From NCBI GenBank assembly GCA_013817465.1, contig JACDCP010000001.1, positions 1 through 44,630 of the forward strand: a stretch of DNA of 44,630 nucleotides. The letters run 5' to 3'. Position numbers and translations under genes: made by a program. This DNA comes from Gammaproteobacteria bacterium (GTDB taxonomy: Bacteria; Pseudomonadota; Gammaproteobacteria; Steroidobacterales; JACDCP01). Shown piece after piece: positions 15,947-25,168 of the stretch. Each line of letters opens with the position of its first letter. Position 1 is the stretch's first letter. The notes below the pieces were generated by a model. It did no database searches, was not told the DNA's origin, and worked only from the letters and a program-made list of their open reading frames with translations.

Positions 15947-16804
15947 ATGGGACGAATTGAGAAAGCGCTGGAAAAGGCCCGCCAGGTGCGGGACCAGGGC
16001 GGTCACGCGGCGCCGGCCCTCCAGGAACGGCGGCATGCGAGCCCCAGCTCGCTCGTTTCCGCGGCACCGCGCCAGAGACGCGAAGCGGCCCATCCGGCCC
16101 GCGCGGAAGAGATGTTCGCCAAGGCCACCGTGCTCGCGGCGGACCCTGACGTGCTGGTCAGGAACCGCATCATCACCAACAGCCAGAACAATCCCGCGCG
16201 ACCGGCCTACAAGATGCTGCGCACGCGCCTCTTGCAGCGCATGCGCTCGAACGGCTGGACATCGCTGGCCGTGACCGCGGCCGGCCCGGGCGAAGGCAAG
16301 ACCATCACCGCGATCAATCTGGCCATCAGCCTGGCCGGCGAAGTGAACCAGCGGGTCTTCCTGGTCGACCTCGATCTGCGCCGGCCGAACATCAGCAAGT
16401 ATTTCGGCATCGAGCCGCAGCACACCCTCAGCGACTACCTGCGTGGCGATGCGACGCTGGACCAGATCCTCGTCAGCCCCGGCATCGACCGGCTCGTTAT
16501 CGTGCCTAACGATACCGTGTTCGAAAACTCGTCCGAATTGCTGTCTTCACCGAAGATCGTGCGCATGGTCGACGAGCTGCGCGTCAGCGACCCGTCCTGG
16601 ATCGTCATCTATGACATGCCCCCGCTGCTGGCGGCGGACGACACTCTTGCATTCTCGCCCTCAGTCGACGCGCTGCTGGTGGTCGTGGCCGAAGGCCAGA
16701 CGACGCAGGATGAGGTGTCGCAGGTGCGGGAACTGTTGAAAGACGCCAATATTGTTGGCACCGTTCTCAACAAGTCCCAGGATGCCTCGTCGGTCTATTA
16801 CTGA
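15947..16804 (+). CDS. BY-kinase-like P-loop ATPase (CpsD/EpsG-type cytoplasmic partner of the chain-length determinant)
   Basis: 285-aa ORF with Walker A 'AAGPGEGKTITAINLA', Walker A' 'VFLVDLDLRRP' and Walker B 'IVIYDMPP'. The C-terminus has only two tyrosines ('SSVYY'). ACGAGG lies upstream of the ATG. Confidence 0.8.
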   Translation: MGRIEKALEKARQVRDQGGHAAPALQERRHASPSSLVSAAPRQRREAAHPARAEEMFAKATVLAADPDVLVRNRIITNSQNNPARPAYKMLRTRLLQRMRSNGWTSLAVTAAGPGEGKTITAINLAISLAGEVNQRVFLVDLDLRRPNISKYFGIEPQHTLSDYLRGDATLDQILVSPGIDRLVIVPNDTVFENSSELLSSPKIVRMVDELRVSDPSWIVIYDMPPLLAADDTLAFSPSVDALLVVVAEGQTTQDEVSQVRELLKDANIVGTVLNKSQDASSVYY

Positions 16805-16864
16805 TCGGCGGCGCTTCTCCCAATCCGCATCCGGGCCCCGGCCGCTACCGCGGATCACCCGACG

Positions 16865-18346
16865 TCACATCACGCCCTCGAATTGGTTGGCTGCACCGGG
16901 CAGCCGCTTGCGGTTGATTCGATGTACCGCAGAAAGCAAGCGCTGCGTGGCGCGAAAGTAAGCGAAGCTCCGGCTCATGGTGTGTTCGTGATCGGCGATG
17001 GCCAACCTGGGATTGCGCTTCACGGCCCTTATCGACGGGAAGCGACCCGGGCGTGAGTCATACCGTCGCAGAAAGCTCGGCCCGATCATGATTTGAAACC
17101 GGTTCAGATTCACACGATCGATCACATCGCTGTGACGCTCCAGGAACTCCGCACTTTCCCGCACATCCCTGGCCTCTTCGGCAGGGGCGCCATGGATCAT
17201 GGTTACGCGCAGGCTTATGCCGGCCGCCGCAGCGTCATGAAAAAATCGGGAAGAAATTGCCAGATCCGTACCTTTTACCCACTTGTCCAGGATACGTTGA
17301 CTGCCGGATTCCAGACCGGTGGTCAATCTGACCAGGCCTGACTGCCTGGCCTGCTTGAGCGTCGCGACATCAAGCCCGTTCGGCGCTTGCGCGCCGACAT
17401 GCACAGACCCGATCCAGCTCGGCGATCGCGATTTTTGCGCCATGCTACTGGCGAGCGTTTGCCAGACTTCCAAGTCCGAATTGAGTTTCAGGTCCGTAAA
17501 TACGAACAAAGAGGTGCCGTGCTTCCGTGATTGATGTTCAATCTCGTTTAGCACATTCCCAGATGATCGGGAGCGGAAAGTGCGGCCCGCGGTGCTCGTT
17601 ACGTCCGAACAGAACGTACAGACTCCCCACCCGCAACCGCGACCAGTGATCATGGGGATGATTCGGTTTGGGTACGCCGACCACGGGAAATCGGAGTAGT
17701 CGGGAAAGGGCACTGCATCGAGGGCTTTGAGCGGCGGACGGGGGGTCCCGCACCCGTTCGGCAACCAGATACCTGCAAATCCGGAGAGTTCCCCGCCGGA
17801 TACCGCACGGCGTACGATGTCCGGCAATTCCAGTTCAATCTCTCCACCGACCAGCGCGTGGAGGCCGGGAATATCGAGCCACGCCTGCGCAACCTCGCGT
17901 ATTGCGAAGTAGCTGCCGCCAATGACCAGAGGAACGCCTGCTTTTTCACAACGGCGGCCTATCTCGGCACACACGTCGTAATACATCAGATACGTCGAAA
18001 CGAGCACGAGATCGAAGTCGGCAGGATTCGCGTCGGAGAATATCCGGCTGATGTGTGGGTGAGTGCGGGTGGCCAGCGTTCCTCGCACAATCGATATGCC
18101 CTGCCGCACATACTGCGCAGCGCGCCCCGGCGCGTAAGCCAACGCGTAGTTGAGGCGGCGGCCCGCATCGCGATAGGCCGTCTCGGCAGGCTCACGCGCG
18201 ACGCCCGGTACGCCGTATGCCAAAGGAGACAGCACGGTGACATGGATGTCCTGTGCGCGCAGTACTGCGGCGAGGTATCCCACGGCGATGGTAGGATAAC
18301 GACTGAAATTGTTCAGATCGACGACCAGGACCCGAAGAGCATTCAT
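16865..18346 (-). CDS. B12-binding-domain radical SAM protein
   Basis: 493-aa ORF. The N-terminal Rossmann-like region 'LRVLVVDLNNFSRYPTIAVGYLAAVLR' has the B12-binding-domain position. The cluster motif is 'ITGRGCGWGVCTFCSD', whose spacing reads C-x4-C-x2-C rather than the canonical C-x3-C-x2-C. Confidence 0.8.
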   Translation of the reverse strand: MNALRVLVVDLNNFSRYPTIAVGYLAAVLRAQDIHVTVLSPLAYGVPGVAREPAETAYRDAGRRLNYALAYAPGRAAQYVRQGISIVRGTLATRTHPHISRIFSDANPADFDLVLVSTYLMYYDVCAEIGRRCEKAGVPLVIGGSYFAIREVAQAWLDIPGLHALVGGEIELELPDIVRRAVSGGELSGFAGIWLPNGCGTPRPPLKALDAVPFPDYSDFPWSAYPNRIIPMITGRGCGWGVCTFCSDVTSTAGRTFRSRSSGNVLNEIEHQSRKHGTSLFVFTDLKLNSDLEVWQTLASSMAQKSRSPSWIGSVHVGAQAPNGLDVATLKQARQSGLVRLTTGLESGSQRILDKWVKGTDLAISSRFFHDAAAAGISLRVTMIHGAPAEEARDVRESAEFLERHSDVIDRVNLNRFQIMIGPSFLRRYDSRPGRFPSIRAVKRNPRLAIADHEHTMSRSFAYFRATQRLLSAVHRINRKRLPGAANQFEGVM

Positions 18347-18598
18347 GGCGGCCCCATTAATCCGCGTCCTCCACCCCGCGCGTGCGGTACGGTCGGCTCA
18401 AGACGAACCTGCTCACCGACGCGCGCAATCCCGCTCCTATTCACTCATTTCCAGTTTAACTCCATTCGATACATTGTCTGGCGTTTATATCAGAGAGACC
18501 GCCGCCGGGGCTCGAAGCTGCCATGCCGGCGGTCGCGCTCTGCGTGAAAAAGGCGTGCGCGGCATTCGCGTCGGCGGAATGACCACGCGGAGGCGTCA

Positions 18599-19438
18599 GT
18601 GAACACGCAACTTCTGGCGTTCGTCCATATAGAGAAGGCAGCCGGCACAACGCTCATCTATCTCCTGCGGCACAACTATCTGTTTCGCTACCTTGACGTA
18701 CGGCCATTCAGTTCATCATCGCAGCGCGTCTTCACCGCCGCCGACCTCGCCAGGTGCCTCAAGCTCAATCCGTTTCTGCGCAGCATCGGGGGGCACGCCG
18801 TCAAACCGCACAGCGACCTCGAGATTCTGGCACCCGGAATCCGCTACATCACCCTGCTGCGAGACCCTGTCGAGCGCTATTTGTCGCAGTTCCGATACTG
18901 GAATCGGGTCTTCGGCAAGGGCTGGGACTTCGAACGCTTTCTGCGCCAGGTACCCTCGCAGAACTTTCAAACGCGCAAGCTTGCGGGCAGTCCTGACCTG
19001 GAGCTGGCGAAAGATATGCTGGCGGAACGTTTCTTTCTCGTCGGCCTCGCCGAAAAGTTCGACGAATTCCTCGTCATGTTGACCGAGAAACTGCGTCCGG
19101 AGGTGTTCAATCCAGTGTACCTGGGACGCAACGTCGGTAGCGCCGACAGACATATTGTGGCCGAATTAAAGGAACGCCATGCTGATCGTATACTCGCCAA
19201 CAATGCGCTAGATCTGGAGCTCTACCGTTTCGTGGAGCAGGAGCTGTTGCCGCAGGCCCGGAACGAGCACGGCGCCGCCCTGGCGGCACAAGTGGAAGAG
19301 CTCGCTCGTCGCCGTGCCGGCGCGCGTGCCCTGGACATCCGCCTGCTGCTGGATGGGCTGAGTCGCAAGCTGTATTACGAACCGGTGACCAGCCTGCTGC
19401 GCTGGCTCAATGGCCTCCCGGTAAAAGGCTCCTATTGA
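18599..19438 (+). CDS. sulfotransferase family protein (Sulfotransfer_2-like)
   Basis: 279-aa ORF with a GTG start preceded by GGAGG-N5. Motifs 'FVHIEKAAGTTLIYLL' (HIPKTGGTS-type) and 'ITLLRDPVERYLSQFRY' are present. Confidence 0.75.
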   Translation: MNTQLLAFVHIEKAAGTTLIYLLRHNYLFRYLDVRPFSSSSQRVFTAADLARCLKLNPFLRSIGGHAVKPHSDLEILAPGIRYITLLRDPVERYLSQFRYWNRVFGKGWDFERFLRQVPSQNFQTRKLAGSPDLELAKDMLAERFFLVGLAEKFDEFLVMLTEKLRPEVFNPVYLGRNVGSADRHIVAELKERHADRILANNALDLELYRFVEQELLPQARNEHGAALAAQVEELARRRAGARALDIRLLLDGLSRKLYYEPVTSLLRWLNGLPVKGSY

Positions 19439-19492
19439 GTTTCGCGCGCGCCTGCATATGCGGCCTGGCCTGCATGCCGCTGCGCAGTTCCT

Positions 19493-20524
19493 TCAAAAAC
19501 GTTTAGAACGGTACTCTTTAAACGAGAAAAGCATTTTTCCCAGAATCTTCAGCCATGAATCGTATTTCTGGCTCGTTTTTTTGAGCTCGGTGTGATAGCG
19601 GATAAAATCGACCGCCCGCCACAGCTGCTTCTGAAATCCGCTCGGCTCGCAGTCCCCTACCGTGGACTCGATCCGATATCCGAGTTGACTCAGCATACGG
19701 CCGCCGATGCTTTCCAATCGCAGTACGGTCCCGACGTCAAAATATTCCGGCCATTTAAGGGTGTTCCGCCTGATCGCGCCCAGCTCGCCTGCCGCCAGGC
19801 GCTTTCGGTCGGGGTTCTGCGGCATTCTCGACTGCAACACTTGCTCTGAGAATTCGAGGCGAAGAAATTCGCAGACTTCTGCCATCCGGGCTTGCGGATC
19901 TCGCGTCAATTCTTCGTACTTGAGCTCCATATACCTGTCGCCGAGCTTCGAGCCGGCCGTCTGCCCCATTTCCACGAGTTTCTTCCAGCGGTAGATAATC
20001 AATTCCGGACGCCTTTTCTGGCGCCGGGTGATCGAGCATGCGACTTCCCGCCCATCGCGAATCATGTGGATGAACCTGGCGCCCGGGAATATCCGCGATA
20101 GCATGTCGATGTGCTGTACGTGATCCGGTGTTTTCTCGCACCAACGTTTCTTGTTCTGCGCCGCTGCGAGAAAGCCGAGAATACCCTCGAACACGCCCGC
20201 TACGCTCCGAGGCTGTGCCCTCCAGTCCTCCGGCAGCTCTGGCTTCTTGCCGGCGTATATCCTTCGGAGTACCGGCATCTGGTCGATCGCAAATCGCCAG
20301 TACGCGCGAAAATTCTTATCGATATTAAGATCGCCGAAACGGTCGGCTTGGGCGATGATGTAGGGCATCATCAGCGTCTCGTGCGGCACTGCGAACAGGT
20401 CCGGGTGGCGCCCCAGACTGTCGAGCATCATGCTGGTGCCGGAGCCGTTCATGCCCACGACAAAGACCGGTTCGCTCACTGCTCGTTCAATCAAGATTTC
20501 TGACCTGCCTTTCGTCCCTTGCAT
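19493..20524 (-). CDS. sulfotransferase family protein
   Basis: 343-aa ORF with 'VFVVGMNGSGTSMM' and 'FIHMIRDGREVACS'; it is a paralogue of 34420..35406. The listed ATG overlaps the upstream GT2 gene by 38 nt. In-frame TTG (20494) or GTG (20479) starts are alternatives. Confidence 0.8.
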   Translation of the reverse strand: MQGTKGRSEILIERAVSEPVFVVGMNGSGTSMMLDSLGRHPDLFAVPHETLMMPYIIAQADRFGDLNIDKNFRAYWRFAIDQMPVLRRIYAGKKPELPEDWRAQPRSVAGVFEGILGFLAAAQNKKRWCEKTPDHVQHIDMLSRIFPGARFIHMIRDGREVACSITRRQKRRPELIIYRWKKLVEMGQTAGSKLGDRYMELKYEELTRDPQARMAEVCEFLRLEFSEQVLQSRMPQNPDRKRLAAGELGAIRRNTLKWPEYFDVGTVLRLESIGGRMLSQLGYRIESTVGDCEPSGFQKQLWRAVDFIRYHTELKKTSQKYDSWLKILGKMLFSFKEYRSKRF

Positions 20525-21416
20525 CGCGTTTCAGAAACCGGATTGGCAAGTCGCGAAGCTGCCTGAGCTGCCAGCGCTGCAATTCCCGGATAAACTCCGG
20601 ATCATCGAAGCGAGGCTCGCGACGCAGAGCCGCATAGAAGTAGCTGCCGACAATGATGAGGCCGCCGATCAGGTAGGGCCTTTCGTGCATGCGAAAGAGG
20701 CCGGACGCAACGGCGTAAAGTGGATGATAGCCCATGAACCAGATACCGCGGCCCAGCCGCACGCGGCCCCTGTAAACGTTTTGGTCCGACGAACCCATGA
20801 GGCGGTGGTGAATCAATCGCGCCTCGGCATCGTGAAATGACAGCGTCGTGTAGCCTTTCATGCGGCACCGGTGCATGTCGATACCGTCCCAAAGTATGGT
20901 GCGTGTAAAGCCGCCGATTCTCTCGAACGCCTCCCGCTTGTACAGCTTGAATTGCCCGGCAACCATTTCGTCGATTATGAATTCCTCCACGTAGCCGTTG
21001 TTCACCGGCCGGAAGACCTTTCCGGAAACCGCCGCCAGCCTGGAATCGTTATCAAGCCGATGCAGCATCACCTCGATGTACCTTGGCGGAAATGACATAT
21101 CACCGTCCAGCTTGGCGATGTACTGGTAGTCAGAGGAGCGCAAGTGGGCGCACCCGAAATCGAAAGCGGCGACGACTCCTGAGCCGAGCTGACGAAATCC
21201 ACGATTCTCGCGACTGATCACGCGAATCCATGGGTGCCTTTCCGCGTAAGCTTCGATAATAGCCTTGGTGTCGTCGGTCGATCCGTCATCGACAAACAGC
21301 CACTCCTGCGGCTGAACGGTCTGCGCCAGCATCGCTTCGAGGGTGAAACGGACGTATTTCGCTTCGTTGCGAACCGGGGAAACGATGGCGAGCGGCACCG
21401 TCAGCGCCGCGGTCAT
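20487..21416 (-). CDS. glycosyltransferase family 2
   Basis: Trimmed to the ATG at 21416 ('MTAALTVPLAIVSPVRNEAKYV'), which overlaps the upstream stop codon (ATGA at 21413-21416). GT-A motifs 'WLFVDDGSTDDT' and 'IAKLDGDMSF' are present, with a C-terminal transmembrane segment. Confidence 0.85.
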   Translation of the reverse strand: MTAALTVPLAIVSPVRNEAKYVRFTLEAMLAQTVQPQEWLFVDDGSTDDTKAIIEAYAERHPWIRVISRENRGFRQLGSGVVAAFDFGCAHLRSSDYQYIAKLDGDMSFPPRYIEVMLHRLDNDSRLAAVSGKVFRPVNNGYVEEFIIDEMVAGQFKLYKREAFERIGGFTRTILWDGIDMHRCRMKGYTTLSFHDAEARLIHHRLMGSSDQNVYRGRVRLGRGIWFMGYHPLYAVASGLFRMHERPYLIGGLIIVGSYFYAALRREPRFDDPEFIRELQRWQLRQLRDLPIRFLKRDARDERQVRNLD

Positions 21417-22456
21417 AGGCCCTGTGCGTTGCGCTCGCGCGCCACCTTGAGCACGCGCCCGAACCCCTCTTCGATGCTGATCGCCGGCTGCCACTGCAGA
21501 ATTTCCGTCATATGACTGATGTCGGCATAACGCGAGTGGACGCCGACCGGCTTGTCGGCCAGAGGCTTGATCTCCGGCTCATAGCCTTCCAGATCGGCAA
21601 ACGTGCGAGCGACTTCACGGAAATTCGTCAGCGTGCCGGAACCGATGTTGACTCCGCTGCCGTCTTCGACCCGCGCGAGGACGCGCAACATGGCTTCGAT
21701 GCAGTCGTCGATGTGCACGAAGTCGCGTCCTTGCAATCCGGATCCCCACACCGTGAGCGGCGCCTCCCGCTTCGCTGCCCGAAGCGCGATGCTCGGCACT
21801 GGATAGCTCAGATCCTGCTCTTCCCCGTAGCCGGAGAAAGGACGGACGCAGGCCGTGTGCAGGCCGTAATGGTCATGCGCGATGCGCGCCAGATATTCGC
21901 CGGTGAGCTTGGACCAGCCATACGTCATATCGGGCTGCCCCAGACGGCCGCCGAACTGGATATCGGATTCCTTGAGGGCGACTGCGCCGCCATCCCCCTG
22001 CAGATCGACGGGATAGGCTGCTGATGACGATGCATAGAGCAGGCGCTCGGGCCTGGCGCGCACCGCCCAGTTGAAGCACAACGCGTCGAGAGCCAGATCG
22101 ATTGCCACTGCCATTGGGTTTCCGTCGATCGTCGAGCGTCCGCCGATCACGGCAGCAAAATGAAAAACGTCGCCGAAAGCGGGCTCCTCGAGCTCGCCGA
22201 GATCGACCCGGCCGGTAAAAAAATCCCGCGCGTCGCCGAGGATGAAGACGACCTTCCCGCCATCGTATTCGATCACGCCGGGAGCAACGTCCTTGCGAGT
22301 GTCAGCTCCAGGAAGCCAATTCCCGGGATGCTGCCCTGTTGAGCAATCGTCGACGATCCACAGCGAATAGCCAGCCTGGAGCAGGCGTCGGGTCATGTGA
22401 CGGCCGACGAATCCACAGCCTCCGGTAATCAGCACGGGTTTGGCGTTCTTTATCAT
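21413..22456 (-). CDS. NAD-dependent epimerase/dehydratase (extended SDR)
   Basis: 347-aa ORF with 'VLITGGCGFVGRHM' and the catalytic 'YGWSK'. The ATG overlaps the upstream stop codon (ATGA at 22453-22456). Confidence 0.85.
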   Translation of the reverse strand: MIKNAKPVLITGGCGFVGRHMTRRLLQAGYSLWIVDDCSTGQHPGNWLPGADTRKDVAPGVIEYDGGKVVFILGDARDFFTGRVDLGELEEPAFGDVFHFAAVIGGRSTIDGNPMAVAIDLALDALCFNWAVRARPERLLYASSSAAYPVDLQGDGGAVALKESDIQFGGRLGQPDMTYGWSKLTGEYLARIAHDHYGLHTACVRPFSGYGEEQDLSYPVPSIALRAAKREAPLTVWGSGLQGRDFVHIDDCIEAMLRVLARVEDGSGVNIGSGTLTNFREVARTFADLEGYEPEIKPLADKPVGVHSRYADISHMTEILQWQPAISIEEGFGRVLKVARERNAQGL

Positions 22457-23649
22457 GCAACTCTCTGGGCCAACTCCGGCTCGCTGGCCAGAGTTCTGTA
22501 GTAAAAGGATTCCAGCTTGTCGCCTGCGGCATCCTGCGAGTAAGTGGTTCGGGCGACTTCTCGCGCTCGGTCGCCCATAGCCCGTGCGCGCTCAGGATCA
22601 CCAAGAAGGGAGTCTATCTTCGCCGCAAAGTCCGCAGGGTCCGGCTTCACCAGCAAGCCGATCTCATTGTCGCGCAGCAGGTCGGCCACGTCTCCGACAT
22701 CGCAGGCCACGGTGGGCCGTCCGACGGCCACAAACTCGTTCACCTTCGAGGGCCAGCGACCGCGATTGGCAACGGTGTCCGAAAGAGGCAGGGCCACGAC
22801 ATCGCAAGCGGACAGGAAATCGAGCATTTCGCTGAACGACACGCGCCCGGTCACTTGCACTCGGTGCTCGACCTCCGGAGGCACCTGGCAACCGGGCTCG
22901 CCGACCATGATCAACTTCGCGTCCGTCGCCTTGAGGCAGGTCAAAGTCTTGAACAACAGATCGGCGTCGCGCTGGTAGATATTGCCGAGATAGCCGACGT
23001 ATCGACCTTCCGGTTCGAGCCCCAGAAGTTCGCGCACTTTGGCCCGCGGGGTGTCCCGGATCGCGTCGGGATCGGCTCCCGGTGGCAGGTATAGAATACG
23101 GTCTTCCGCGATGCCCAGCTCGAGCGCACGACGGCCCAGCGCTCGGGAAATCACGACTGTAGCATCGGCATGCGGCCGCGGCCTTTCTTCGAAAAGCTGC
23201 TCAATGGGACCGATGAACGTTCGCACCGCCCAGCCGGGCCTTTCCTCGGTCGCGCCGCCGCGTCCCCACCAGTCGGTCCAGTCTGCTACCCATTTCGCGC
23301 CATTCGCCTTGCGCGCGAGCATCGCAGGCACGACGACGGCCGGCCGCGTATCGACCGTATGGATGATGTCGAAACGCCGCCCCTTGAGCCAGAGCGTACG
23401 GCGCAGCGTATCCCAGGGATCCCACCCGCTGCGCCCCGCCCCCCACAGCAGATCGGGCGACTCCACCAGCCTGACACCTTCCAGCTTGCGCTCGACCATG
23501 TGCCAGCGCGCCGTCGGGTGAATGGTCATCAGTGTCACGTCATGGCCACGCCTGATCAGCGGCTTGGCCAGGTTCAGTCCGCGATAATAGGCGCCGCCCT
23601 TGCAAGTCTGGTTATGAACGATAACGAGAATTTTGAGCGAATGGGGCAT
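22453..23649 (-). CDS. glycosyltransferase (GT-B fold, GT4/GT1-like)
   Basis: 398-aa ORF. It starts 'LKILVIVHNQTCKGGAYYRGLNLAKPLIRRGHDV', and the C-terminal half has 'YLGNIYQRDADLL' and 'VVALPLSDTVANRGRWPSKVNEFVAVGRPTVA'. It is the first gene of a minus-strand operon of four genes with overlapping or near-overlapping ends. Confidence 0.8.
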   Translation of the reverse strand: MPHSLKILVIVHNQTCKGGAYYRGLNLAKPLIRRGHDVTLMTIHPTARWHMVERKLEGVRLVESPDLLWGAGRSGWDPWDTLRRTLWLKGRRFDIIHTVDTRPAVVVPAMLARKANGAKWVADWTDWWGRGGATEERPGWAVRTFIGPIEQLFEERPRPHADATVVISRALGRRALELGIAEDRILYLPPGADPDAIRDTPRAKVRELLGLEPEGRYVGYLGNIYQRDADLLFKTLTCLKATDAKLIMVGEPGCQVPPEVEHRVQVTGRVSFSEMLDFLSACDVVALPLSDTVANRGRWPSKVNEFVAVGRPTVACDVGDVADLLRDNEIGLLVKPDPADFAAKIDSLLGDPERARAMGDRAREVARTTYSQDAAGDKLESFYYRTLASEPELAQRVA

Positions 23650-23912
23650 ACTTTCAAAGTGCCTGGAGGCAGGACCGCTGAATCGAGTGGCAATCGATCA
23701 GAGCTCCGTACCAGTCAAACGACATTTTGGTCCGCCACAAAGTATTATGCCAGAGTCGCCAGACCGCCGAACCGACTGAAACAACGGGCGCCACTCATCG
23801 GCCTCCATGACAGGGGTTCCGAGCAGACCCGGAGTCAAATGTGTCCCTCGCGCATGCTGTCAGCCCCTGGCGATCCAGTTTAGCCATTCCCTTGTCGCAA
23901 AACCGGACTTGT

Positions 23913-23942
23913 GTCACACCGGCACGCGCCGCGATTTACAAT
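23913..23942 (+). promoter_or_regulatory. candidate sigma70-type promoter (GTCACA-N18-TACAAT)
   Basis: GTCACA lies at 23913-23918 and TACAAT at 23937-23942, in the 314-bp gap upstream of the ATG at 23963. This is a sequence match only, with 4/6 and 5/6 matches to the consensus hexamers. Confidence 0.2.
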
Positions 23943-23962
23943 ACTGGCGCTCAGAGTCCTGT

Positions 23963-25111
23963 ATGCGATCCCCAGCCAAGAGGATTACGATCCAGCATGT
24001 TGAGCCGAATTCTCCACGTTCAGCACCCCTGGATGAGCTCTGCCGACGCAGAACGATTTCGTGTGGTGACCAAGGCCGCGAGAAATTCAACCAGATCAGC
24101 AGCCAGATCGCTTTCGGTGCAGACGTGCTGCGGTTGATTGCCGGCTCCGGTCGCAGCGGCACGACTTGGCTTTTGGACGCGCTTGCCGAGGCTAACGGAC
24201 TTCGTCCTGTTTTCGAGCCTTTGCACACCGATACATCATCGGTGGGCAGAAAGTTTGGTCATGCCTATTTGACCCGGAATTCTAACTGCGCCGAGCTTAA
24301 AGCCATGTTGTCGGCGGCCGCAGAAGGCGCCTTGAACACGATTTGGACCGACTACCGCATGAAACCGGGCCGGCTGCGCATTGGGCTAAAACATTTTCGA
24401 TCGCCGGCCGAGCTCAGGGTGCTGATGCATAAATGGCGTGAACTTGCCCATCGTTACGCGGCAGGTCGGGGAAAAAAAACAAGGTGTGCCACGATTGTAA
24501 AATGTATCCGCGCAAATCTCATGCTCGATTGGATTCATTCCAGCATCGACGCACGGATCGTTCTCCTGATGCGGCATCCCGGTGCAGCGGTCGAATCGCG
24601 GCTCAGGTTTGCCGCCCACTGGGATCCATTCCCTCTTCTGAAAAAGTATCGAAACGACACCGCTCTCATGAGCGGACCCATCAATCGACAGGCAGCCCGG
24701 ATGAATCGGGCAATGACTCGCACGGAAGCGCTGACGGCGATCTGGTGTATAGAGAATCTCGTTCCCGCAGCACAAGCCGCTTCCAATGGCTATCTGGTTA
24801 CATTCTATGAGGAATTGCTCGAGCGACCGGAGACCGAGTGGCCACGTGTCGCCCAGGGTCTGGGCCTGGCTGAGGTTCCATCTGCGACAATATTGCACAG
24901 GCCCTCGCAGCAGGCCGCCACGCGTTTACATCGGGGAAGCGCGATCGGGGAGAGTTATGTGAAAGATTATGGTAGCTGGAACGCTCGCCTGGCCAATGAC
25001 GATCTGGCGCAGGTTGACGCGATACTGCGGGAATTCGGCGTGGATTTCTACACAGTCGCCGAAGCTCGCCCGAACATCGAGGCATTCTCCTTGCGGTTTT
25101 TAGAAGGCTAA
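23963..25111 (+). CDS. sulfotransferase-family protein (P-loop type)
   Basis: Motifs 'LRLIAGSGRSGTTWLLDAL' and 'IVLLMRHPGAAVESRL' are present. The start is uncertain: the listed ORF begins at 23807, the first plausible ATG is at 23963, and a GTG at 24125 lies immediately before the P-loop. Confidence 0.6.
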   Translation: MRSPAKRITIQHVEPNSPRSAPLDELCRRRTISCGDQGREKFNQISSQIAFGADVLRLIAGSGRSGTTWLLDALAEANGLRPVFEPLHTDTSSVGRKFGHAYLTRNSNCAELKAMLSAAAEGALNTIWTDYRMKPGRLRIGLKHFRSPAELRVLMHKWRELAHRYAAGRGKKTRCATIVKCIRANLMLDWIHSSIDARIVLLMRHPGAAVESRLRFAAHWDPFPLLKKYRNDTALMSGPINRQAARMNRAMTRTEALTAIWCIENLVPAAQAASNGYLVTFYEELLERPETEWPRVAQGLGLAEVPSATILHRPSQQAATRLHRGSAIGESYVKDYGSWNARLANDDLAQVDAILREFGVDFYTVAEARPNIEAFSLRFLEG

Positions 25112-25168
25112 CGTCTTCGCTGGCAAAAGTACCCGCCTCCCCATCTTTCATCCTGGCAGAGAGCGCCG

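Noticed and set aside
16805-16864. Rho-independent terminator between the convergent kinase-like and radical SAM genes
   Set aside because: Only short GC dyads are present (CCGGG-C-CCCGG; ATCCGC...GCGGAT). The loop is impossibly small or the stem is interrupted, and no T-run follows. The evidence is not strong enough to call.
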